From the NCBI GenBank assembly GCA_031411295.1, contig JANOAV010000158.1:1-22092 (forward strand): a stretch of 22,092 bases of DNA, given 5' to 3'. Origin of the DNA: Verrucomicrobiales bacterium. Its GTDB lineage: Bacteria; Verrucomicrobiota; Verrucomicrobiia; Verrucomicrobiales; V1-33. Positions 14,825-22,092 of this stretch are shown piece by piece (position 1 is the stretch's first letter; every line of letters begins with the position of its first letter). The position numbers and the translations under genes were made by a program. The notes under the pieces were generated by a model. The model made no database searches. It was not told the origin of the DNA and saw only the letters and a program-made list of their open reading frames with translations.

Positions 14825-17284
14825 TCAATGCGCGGGTTTGCGCGGCAGTGCTTGCTGGGCGGCGGGCTTGGGGCCGTAAATGTAGGCGTAGCCTTTATCC
14901 AGCATCACGGTGTCGTCGTTGGGCGTGCCGATGACGATGGTGCTGCCGGAGAGGGCCACGGAGAAGCCGAACTGGTCATCCGCCGCCGGGCTAGACTTAT
15001 TGAGCGTGGCCACGGGGACGGTAGGGGTGGCGCTGGTTAGGTCATAGACATACGCGCTGCCCGCATCCCGCGCTCCTGTGTCGTCTTGGTAAGCCCCAAC
15101 GACGACCCGGGTGCCGGACATGGCCACTGAGTTGCCGAAGCAATCCTCCTCTGCCGGGCTGGGGCTATTCAACGTGGCGGTGGGGATAGTGGGGGTGGCA
15201 CTGGTCAGGTCATAAACGTAGGCGCTGCCGGCGTTGATAACTCCCGTGTCGTCTCCGTTAGCCCCGACGACGACCCGCGTGCCGGAGATGGCCACAGAGG
15301 CACCGAAGTCGTCACCCTGCGCTGGGCTGGGGTTATTCAACGTGATGGTGGGGATGGATGGAGTGGCACTGGTAAGGTCATAGACATAAGCACTTCCCGC
15401 ATCGGTCGCTCCAGTATCGTCATTCGGAGCCCCGACGACGACCCGCGTATCGGAGATCGCGACGGAGAAGCCGAAGTAGTCATTCGCTTTCGCGCTGGGT
15501 TTCTTGAGCGTGACCGTGGGGACAGTGGGGGTGGCGCTGGTCAGGTCATAGACATAGGCGCTTCCGGCATCGGTTGCTCCCTTGTCGTCATTGGGAGCGC
15601 TGACGACGACCCTCGTGCCGGAGATGGCCACGGAGTTGCCGAAGTAGTCATTCTCCTCCGGACTGGGTTTATTGAGCGTAGCCACAGGGACGGTGGGGGT
15701 CGCGCTCGTGAGGTCATAAACGTAGGCGCTTCCCGCATCGGTAGCTCCGGTGTCGTCCCGACAAGCGCCCACTACGATCCGCGTGCCGGAGATGGCCACG
15801 GAGCAGCCGAAGAAGTCATTCTCCGCTGGACTGGGGTTATGAAGGGTGATCACCGGGACCCTGGGCGTGGCACTGCTGAGGTCATAGATGTAAGCGCTTC
15901 CCGCGTTGGTTGCTCCCACGTCGTCAAAGAAAGCCCCGACGACGACGCGCGCGCCGGAGATGGCCACAGAGTGGCCGAAGTAGTCAGACGCCGCCGGGCC
16001 CGGGTGGTTCAGCGTGGCCGTGGGAAAGGCGGGGGTGGCGCTGGTGAGGTTATAGGCATAGGCACTTCCTGCATCCTCCGCTGCGGTGTCGTCATACGGA
16101 GCCCCGACGACGACGTGCGAGCCGGAGAGGGCCACGGACCAACCGAACTTGTCACCCGCTGCGGGACTGGGATGATTCAGGGTGGCGACCGGGAATCTGG
16201 GGGAGGTGCCGGTCAGGTCATAGACATAGACCCTTCCGGTGTCCTCCGCTCCCGTGTCATCTTGGGGTGCCCCGACCACGACGCGAGTGCCGGAGATGGC
16301 CACGGAACTACCGAAGTTTTCATACTTTGCCGGGCTGGGAGCATAGAGCGTAGCAGAGGGGACGGTGGGCGTGCCGCTGGTCAGGTCATAAACGTAGGCG
16401 CTGCCCGCATCGGTCCCTCCGGTGTCGTCTCCGAAAGCCCCAACGACGACGCGCGTGCCGGAGATGGCCACGCAGTAGCCGAAGTAGTCAGTCGCTGCCG
16501 GACTGGGGTTATTGAGTGTGGCCTTTGGCACGGTGGGCGTGGCGCTTCTGAGGTCATAGACATAGGCGCTTCCAGCGTTGGTCGCTCCGGTGTCGTCTCC
16601 GAAAGCGCCGACGACGAGGCGCGTGCCGGAGATGGCCACGCAGTAGCCGAATCGGTCATACTTTGCCGGGCTGGGTTTGTTGAGTGTGCCGGTGGGGACG
16701 GTAGGGGTGGCGCTGCTGAGGTCATAAACGTAGGCGCTTCCTGCCTCTGGTGCTCCGGTGTCCTCATAAGGAGCCCCGACGAGGATCCTAGTGCCGGAGA
16801 TGGCCACGGAGTAGCCGAAGTCGTCACTCGCTGCCGGACTCGGGTTGTTGAGCGTCGCCACAGGAATGGTGGGGGTGGCGCTGGTGAGGTCATAAACGTA
16901 GGCGCTGCCAGCGTTGGACGCTCCCGTGTCATCTTGCCAAGCTCCGACTACGATCCTCGTGCCTGAGATGGCCACGGAGAAGCCGAAGTTGTCATCCATG
17001 GCCGGGCTGGGATTGGGGAGGACAAAGAGCAAGGCCCCGGTTCCTGAATGGAATACCTTCACCACGCCTGAGTCTGTGCCGCCGGTGTCATCATTAGGTG
17101 CCCCAGCGACGGCATAATCACCCTCCACTGCCACGCTGGAGCCAAGCTGCGCGTGCCCTTGCACACCAACATGCAGTGGCGGAATGGAATGGAGCAGCGT
17201 GTTGGGCTCCTGCGCCTGGAGAGCCGGGGCCAGCACCAAGATAGCGAGGAGGAAGTGGCGGGAGAGGCGGCGGAGGTGGTTCAT
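14825..17284 (-). CDS. Secreted FG-GAP repeat protein, 14 blades (probable double 7-bladed beta-propeller), short Pro/Lys tail
   Basis: Signal peptide MNHLRRLSRHFLLAILVLAPALQA; 14 FG.SVA.SG...VGA..DD...G.AYVY units, internal ones 56 aa (168 nt). Confidence 0.9.
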   Translation of the reverse strand: MNHLRRLSRHFLLAILVLAPALQAQEPNTLLHSIPPLHVGVQGHAQLGSSVAVEGDYAVAGAPNDDTGGTDSGVVKVFHSGTGALLFVLPNPSPAMDDNFGFSVAISGTRIVVGAWQDDTGASNAGSAYVYDLTSATPTIPVATLNNPSPAASDDFGYSVAISGTRILVGAPYEDTGAPEAGSAYVYDLSSATPTVPTGTLNKPSPAKYDRFGYCVAISGTRLVVGAFGDDTGATNAGSAYVYDLRSATPTVPKATLNNPSPAATDYFGYCVAISGTRVVVGAFGDDTGGTDAGSAYVYDLTSGTPTVPSATLYAPSPAKYENFGSSVAISGTRVVVGAPQDDTGAEDTGRVYVYDLTGTSPRFPVATLNHPSPAAGDKFGWSVALSGSHVVVGAPYDDTAAEDAGSAYAYNLTSATPAFPTATLNHPGPAASDYFGHSVAISGARVVVGAFFDDVGATNAGSAYIYDLSSATPRVPVITLHNPSPAENDFFGCSVAISGTRIVVGACRDDTGATDAGSAYVYDLTSATPTVPVATLNKPSPEENDYFGNSVAISGTRVVVSAPNDDKGATDAGSAYVYDLTSATPTVPTVTLKKPSAKANDYFGFSVAISDTRVVVGAPNDDTGATDAGSAYVYDLTSATPSIPTITLNNPSPAQGDDFGASVAISGTRVVVGANGDDTGVINAGSAYVYDLTSATPTIPTATLNSPSPAEEDCFGNSVAMSGTRVVVGAYQDDTGARDAGSAYVYDLTSATPTVPVATLNKSSPAADDQFGFSVALSGSTIVIGTPNDDTVMLDKGYAYIYGPKPAAQQALPRKPAH

Positions 17285-17287
17285 GGC

Positions 17288-17357
17288 GGCTGGGGTGGCG
17301 GAGTGGGGCAGCATCCGTGCTTTCTGGAGGATTGCCAGTAGGGAATTCTGCCGGGCG
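17288..17357 (-). promoter_or_regulatory. Conserved ~60-70-bp leader of the FG-GAP genes (copy 2 of 4)
   Basis: Core ATCCGT(G/T)CTTTCTGGAGGATT shared with ~14697-14758, 18832-18893 and 21746-21805. Confidence 0.7.
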
Positions 17358-17469
17358 ACGGGCAGGGTGGCTCCGTCGGTCAAGAGGGGTCAATGCGCGG
17401 GCTTGGGCGGGGGCGGTTGCTGGGCGGCGGGCTTCGGTCCGTAAATGTAGGCATAGCCTTTATCCAACA

Positions 17470-18819
17470 TCACGGTGTTGTCGTTGGGCGTGCCGATGAC
17501 GATGATGCCGCCGGAGATGGCCGCAGAGCAGCCGAGCCCGGGCTATTCAGCGTGGCGGAGGGAACGGTGGGGGTGGCGCTAGTGAGGTTATAGACATAGG
17601 CGCTGCCCGCATCCTTTGCTCCGGTGTCGTCATACGGAGCACCGACGACGACCCGCGTGCCGAAGATGGACACGGAGTTGCCGAAGTTGTCACGCCATGC
17701 CGGGCTGGGGTTATTGAGCGTGGCCGTAGGGACAGTCGGGGTGGCGCTGGTGAGGTCATAGATGTAGGCGCTGCCTGTATCCGTCGCTCCCGTGGCGTCA
17801 AACTTCGCCCCAACCACGACCCGGGTGCCAGAGATAGCCACCGAGCCGCCGAACCAGCCATTTGCTGCTGGGCTGGGGTTATTTAGCGTGACACTAGGTA
17901 TCGTGGGGGTGGCGCTGGTGAGGTCATAGACAAAAGCGCTTCCCGGATGGGTCGCTCCCGTGACGTCCCACGGTGCCCCGACGACGACCTGCGTGCCGGA
18001 GATGGCCACCGAGTGGCCGAACTGGTCAAACTTTGCTGGGCGGGGGTTGTTGAGCGTAGCGTTGGGGACAGTAGGCGTGGGGCTGGCGAGGTCATAGACG
18101 TAGGCGCTTCCAGCGTTGGAGGCTCCCGTGTCGTATGACCAAGCGCCGACGACGACGCGGGTGCCGTCGATAGCCACGGATGAGCCGAAGTGGTCACCTA
18201 GCGCCGGGCTAGGGTTGTTGAGCGTGAGGAGAGGGACATTCGGAGTGCCGCTAGTCAGCTCATAAACATAGCCTCTTCCCGCATCCGTCGCTCCGCTGTC
18301 ATCATTCGGAGCCCCGACGACGACTCTGGTGCCGGAGATGGCCACGGAGTGGCCGAAGCGATCATCCGCTGCCGGGCTGGGATTATTCAGCGTGACGACG
18401 GGAACGGTAGGGGTGGCACTGGTGATCTCATAAACATAGGCGTTGCCCGCGTCGGTGGCTCCCGTGTCGTCATAGCGAGCCCCGACGACGACCCGGGTGC
18501 CGGAGATGCCCACCGAGATGCCGAACCAGTCACCCACCGCCGGGCTGGGGTTGGGCAGGACAAAGAGCAGCGCCCCGGTTCCTGAATGGAAGACCTTCAC
18601 CATACCGGAGTCTTGACCGCCGGTGTCATCAAAGGGCACTCCGGTCACGGTATAATCGCCCTCCACGGCTACACTGTAACCAAGGTGCCCGCCTGTCTGA
18701 ACCCCCACGGGTGGCGGGGGGATGGCATGAAGTAGCGTATCCGGCACCTGCGCCTGGAGGGCCGGAGTGAGCAGCAGGGTGGCGAGCAGGTGGTGGGTCA
18801 GGCGGCGGAGGCGTTTCAT
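17470..18819 (-). CDS. Secreted FG-GAP repeat protein, 7 in-frame blades; ancestral last blade and tail (to stop at 17390) are out of frame
   Basis: After LNSPG the frame shifts. The alternative frame reads GCSAAISGGIIVIGTPNDNTVMLDKGYAYIYGPKPAAQQPPPPKPAH*, matching the end of 14825..17284. Confidence 0.85.
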   Translation of the reverse strand: MKRLRRLTHHLLATLLLTPALQAQVPDTLLHAIPPPPVGVQTGGHLGYSVAVEGDYTVTGVPFDDTGGQDSGMVKVFHSGTGALLFVLPNPSPAVGDWFGISVGISGTRVVVGARYDDTGATDAGNAYVYEITSATPTVPVVTLNNPSPAADDRFGHSVAISGTRVVVGAPNDDSGATDAGRGYVYELTSGTPNVPLLTLNNPSPALGDHFGSSVAIDGTRVVVGAWSYDTGASNAGSAYVYDLASPTPTVPNATLNNPRPAKFDQFGHSVAISGTQVVVGAPWDVTGATHPGSAFVYDLTSATPTIPSVTLNNPSPAANGWFGGSVAISGTRVVVGAKFDATGATDTGSAYIYDLTSATPTVPTATLNNPSPAWRDNFGNSVSIFGTRVVVGAPYDDTGAKDAGSAYVYNLTSATPTVPSATLNSPGSAALRPSPAASSSSARPTTTP

Positions 18820-18831
18820 GGAGTCATGGGT

Positions 18832-18893
18832 TGGCGAAGTGGGGCATCATCCGTGCTTTCTGGAGGATTACCAGTGGTGAATTCTGCCGGGCG
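18832..18893 (-). promoter_or_regulatory. FG-GAP leader element (copy 3 of 4)
   Basis: Same core sequence immediately upstream of ATG 18819. Confidence 0.7.
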
Positions 18894-18921
18894 ACGGGAG
18901 GGCGCTGGATCGCCCGTGCAG

Positions 18922-21732
18922 CTAGGGCGCGGTGGTCACCTTGACCCGCAGGAAACGGGTTGGGGTGGTGCCGATGAGGGTGTTGTCCCGGACTTTGAGG
19001 GTGGTGGCGTTGTTGAGGAGGATGGTGGTGGTGGCGGGGCTGAAGGAATCGGGCTGGCCGGGGAGGAGAGTGCCCGCGCTCTGGACTTCGTAGGTGACCC
19101 CGGCGTGCTTGGTGATGGTCATGGTGAGGTAATCGCCTTCGTTGGTGACCGGGGGCAAACCGCCGGGATCCGGCACGGTGGGGTCGAGGCCCAGGGCCAG
19201 TTCCAGCACCTCCACGTAGCCATCATGGTCGAAGTCATCCAACGCGCTGTGGCCAGTGGTCGTCGGCCAGTAGCTCAGTTCCCAGGCATCGCGTAGGCCA
19301 TCGCCATCTAGGTCCGGGTTGGGTCCGTAAATGTAGGCATAGCCTTTCTCGGAGCCCAGGGTGTCGTCGCCCGGTGTGCCGATGGCAATGGTAGTGTCGG
19401 AGATGGCCACGGAGATGCCGAATTGGTCACTCGCTGCCGGGTGGGACTTATTGAGCGTGGTCACAGGGATCGTGGGCGTGGCGCTGGTCAGGTCATAGAC
19501 ATAGGCGCTGCCCGCGTCGGTGGCTCCCGCGTCGTCTTGGTAAGCCCCGACGACGACCCGCGTGCCGGAGATGGCCACGCAGCAGCCGAACCGGTCATTC
19601 GCTGCCGGACTGGGGTTGTTGAGCGTCACCACAGGCACGGTGGGGGTGGCACTGGTCAGATCATAGACGTAAGTGCTGCCCGCATCCTTCGCTCCCGTGT
19701 CGTCAAACGGAGTCCCGACGACAACGCGGGTGCCAGAGATGGCCACAGAGTTGCCGAAGGCGTCATACGCTGCCAGGCTGGGGTTATTCAGTGTGGCGGT
19801 GGGCACGGCGGGAGTGGCGCTGGTCAGATCATAAACGTAGGCACTTCCGGAACCCGTCGCTCCGTTGTGATCATACGGAGCGCCGACGACGACCTGCGTG
19901 CCGGAGATGGCCACAGAGGTGCCAAAGTGTTCATCTACAGACGGGCTGGGATTATTCAGCGTGGTGGTGGGGATGGTGGGCGTGCTGCTAGTCAGATCAT
20001 AGACATAGGCGCTTCCGGCGTAGGTTGCTCCCGTGTCGTTATACAGAGCCCCGACCACCACACGGGAGCCGGAAATGGCCACGCAGGAGCCGAACAAGTC
20101 ATTCGCTGCTAGGCCGGGGTTGTTGAGCGTGGCGCTAGGGATGGAAGGGGTGGCGCCGGTCAGGTCATAAATGTAAGCGCTTCCCGCATCCTGCGCTCCA
20201 GCGTCATCACGCGGTGCTCCGATGACGACTAAGGTGCCGGAGATGGCCACGGAAGTGCCGAAGTTGTCCTGGAATGCTGGCGTGGGGTTATGCAGCGTAA
20301 GCGTGGGGACCGTCGGGGTCGCACCGCTCAGATCATAAACATAAGCGCTTCCGGCGTTGATCCCTCCGGTGTTGTCTGCCAGAGCGCCGACGACGACCCG
20401 CGTGCCGGAGATGGCCACAGCGTAGCCGAAGAGGTTACCTAACTCCAAGCCCGGGTGGTTCAGGGTGGCCGTCGGGATGGTGGGATGCCAGGTGGCGAGA
20501 TCATACACATAGGCGCTACCCGCATCCTCCGCTCCAGTGTCGTCATCGTTGGCCCCGATGACGACCCGCGTGCCGGAGATGGCCACGGAGTTGCCGAAGT
20601 GGTCGCCCGCCATCGGGCTGGGGTTGAGGAGGGTGGCCACCGGGACAGTGGGGGTGGCGCTATTGAGGTCATACACGTAGCTACTTCCGGCATCGTCGGC
20701 TCCCGTGTCGTCATACCGAGCCCCGATGACCACCCGCGCGCCGGAGATGGCGACAGAGTAGCCGAAGTTGTCCTGGAAGCCCGGGCTGGGGTTGTTGAGC
20801 GTGGCGATGGGAACGGTGGGGGTGCCGCTAATCAGGTCATAAACATAGGCGCTTCCCGCCTCGAGTTCTCCTGAGTCGTCTCTGTAAGCCCCGACGATGA
20901 CCCGCGTGCCAGAGATCCCCACGGAGTAGCCGAAGTTGTCCTGGAAGCTCGGGCTGGGATTATTGAGCGTGGCCACCGGGACTGCGGGCGTGGCGCTCAT
21001 AAAGTCATAAACATAGGCAATCCCGTCATTGTAACCCCCGGTATCGTCATTGTGAGCCCCCACAACGACCCGCGTGCCGGAGATGGCCACAGCGTAGCCG
21101 AAGTTGTCCTGCAGTGCCGGGGTGGGGTTATTCCACGTGACCACGGGGACCCGGGGCGTGGCGCTGGTCAGGTCATAGCCATAGGCGCTTCCAGAGTTGC
21201 CTGCCACCGAATCCTTAAAGTAAGCGCCGACGACGATGCGGGTGCCGGAGATGGCCACGGACGTGCCGAAGAGGTCAAACGTAGCTGGACTGGGGTTGTT
21301 CAGAGTTACGGTGGGCACCGTGGGGGTGTCACTGGTGAGGTCATAGACATAAGCGCTTCCCGCATCGTCCGCTCCCACGTCGTCGAAGGGAGCCCCCACA
21401 ACGACCCGCGTGCCAGAGATGGCCACCGAAGTGCCGAAGCGGTCATTCCCCGCTGGGTTGGGGTTGGGTAGGACAAAGAGCAGTGCCCCCGTGCTCGTAT
21501 GGAAGACCTTCACCACCCCGGAGTCTCCGCCACTAGCGTCATCAAAGGGTGCTCCAGTGACAGTGTAGTCGCCCTCCACTGCTACACTGGCACCAAGCTC
21601 TGCACCATCCTGCAATCCAGTCAGCGGCGGCGGGATGGAATGGAGTAGGGTGTTGGGCACCTGAGCTTGGAGCGCTGGGGCCAGGAGCAGGGTGGCTAGC
21701 AGGTGGAGGGAAAGGCGGCGGACGGGAGTCAT
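18922..21732 (-). CDS. Secreted FG-GAP repeat protein, 14 blades, plus DxDxDG Ca-binding motifs and a C-terminal domain ending RFLRVKVTTAP
   Basis: Start MTPVRRLSLHLLATLLLAPALQA (ATG 21732) by homology with the other two genes; 14 units; tail DLDGDGLRDAWE...DFDHDG...LELALGLDP...YEVQS...FLRVKV. Confidence 0.9.
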   Translation of the reverse strand: MTPVRRLSLHLLATLLLAPALQAQVPNTLLHSIPPPLTGLQDGAELGASVAVEGDYTVTGAPFDDASGGDSGVVKVFHTSTGALLFVLPNPNPAGNDRFGTSVAISGTRVVVGAPFDDVGADDAGSAYVYDLTSDTPTVPTVTLNNPSPATFDLFGTSVAISGTRIVVGAYFKDSVAGNSGSAYGYDLTSATPRVPVVTWNNPTPALQDNFGYAVAISGTRVVVGAHNDDTGGYNDGIAYVYDFMSATPAVPVATLNNPSPSFQDNFGYSVGISGTRVIVGAYRDDSGELEAGSAYVYDLISGTPTVPIATLNNPSPGFQDNFGYSVAISGARVVIGARYDDTGADDAGSSYVYDLNSATPTVPVATLLNPSPMAGDHFGNSVAISGTRVVIGANDDDTGAEDAGSAYVYDLATWHPTIPTATLNHPGLELGNLFGYAVAISGTRVVVGALADNTGGINAGSAYVYDLSGATPTVPTLTLHNPTPAFQDNFGTSVAISGTLVVIGAPRDDAGAQDAGSAYIYDLTGATPSIPSATLNNPGLAANDLFGSCVAISGSRVVVGALYNDTGATYAGSAYVYDLTSSTPTIPTTTLNNPSPSVDEHFGTSVAISGTQVVVGAPYDHNGATGSGSAYVYDLTSATPAVPTATLNNPSLAAYDAFGNSVAISGTRVVVGTPFDDTGAKDAGSTYVYDLTSATPTVPVVTLNNPSPAANDRFGCCVAISGTRVVVGAYQDDAGATDAGSAYVYDLTSATPTIPVTTLNKSHPAASDQFGISVAISDTTIAIGTPGDDTLGSEKGYAYIYGPNPDLDGDGLRDAWELSYWPTTTGHSALDDFDHDGYVEVLELALGLDPTVPDPGGLPPVTNEGDYLTMTITKHAGVTYEVQSAGTLLPGQPDSFSPATTTILLNNATTLKVRDNTLIGTTPTRFLRVKVTTAP

Positions 21733-21745
21733 GGTGGCAGGTCGG

Positions 21746-21805
21746 TGGCGGAGTGGGGGACTATCCGTTCTTTCTGGAGGATTACTAGCGGGAAATTCTC
21801 GGGCG
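21746..21805 (-). promoter_or_regulatory. FG-GAP leader element (copy 4 of 4)
   Basis: Same core sequence upstream of ATG 21732. Confidence 0.65.
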
Positions 21806-22092
21806 AGAGTGGGGGCGGGCAGGGAGTGGTAGTGGCTCCCCTGCATGGCAGGAACCTGCGCTGGAGTCCTGCCTTGAGGCGGAGGATCATGGGAAGCGCC
21901 TTGGCTTGTGGCGGGTTGCTCGGTGGGTGGCACCGCCTCAAGGCGGAACTCCAACTGAGGTGTGGGTGCGGCTGGAATACGGCGTAGGCGTGGCGCGCAG
22001 GGGGCGGGTGCGGGGGGCGGATACGCCATAAGTGGGTGCCAGAGGCGGCGGGTGCGGGTGCCGGAGATGCCGGGTGCCGGTGGGGGGGGGGG

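Noticed and set aside
15839..16966. Long plus-strand ORFs opposite the FG-GAP genes (also 19423..20112) and 8449..9573 opposite the DUF4965 gene
   Set aside because: Antisense shadow ORFs expected in GC-rich repetitive coding DNA, with no recognisable motifs.
14825..21732. Diversity-generating retroelement, suggested by many variable codons being NNC (AAC-derived pattern)
   Set aside because: Several variable codons are not NNC (TGG, CAG, AAG, CGA, TTG), high GC3 explains the bias, and no reverse transcriptase or adenine-specific TR/VR pair is visible.
14689..21805. CRISPR array or known riboswitch in the repeated sequences
   Set aside because: The 168-nt repeats are protein-coding, the leaders are kilobases apart, no cas genes are present, and no riboswitch consensus was recognised.

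Overview
A 22-kb window that reads like a Verrucomicrobiota (PVC) genome or contig, inferred from the PVC-type heme/dehydrogenase protein, the ECF-kinase pair and the FG-GAP proteins with a Verrucomicrobia-style C-terminal tail. The left third is an accessory island on the minus strand: an IS5-family end, an AT-rich reprolysin-like Zn protease with an SLH-like tail, an antitoxin plus an internally deleted VapC toxin (missed by the ORF track), a 66-aa Cys-rich protein, and a predicted ADP-ribosyltransferase-fold gene with a small partner. This island is divergent from an ECF sigma factor and a Ser/Thr kinase-FGE-domain sensor. An ~90-bp element and the 5' end of the sigma gene are duplicated inside the island, and a 14-bp core of that element recurs just before the kinase start, suggesting a self-contained ECF regulon. 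The middle holds a DUF4965/glutaminase-A-like protein convergent with an NPCBM-dehydrogenase-CxxCH protein. The right third is a tandem array of FG-GAP beta-propeller genes (14, 7+1 and 14 blades) with variable surface positions, a shared ~60-bp leader in four copies, an inferred 1027-nt deletion leaving one propeller, and decayed extra copies. Intergenic DNA is rich in nested REP-like palindromes and short tandem repeats. All family calls come from motif recognition, not database searches.
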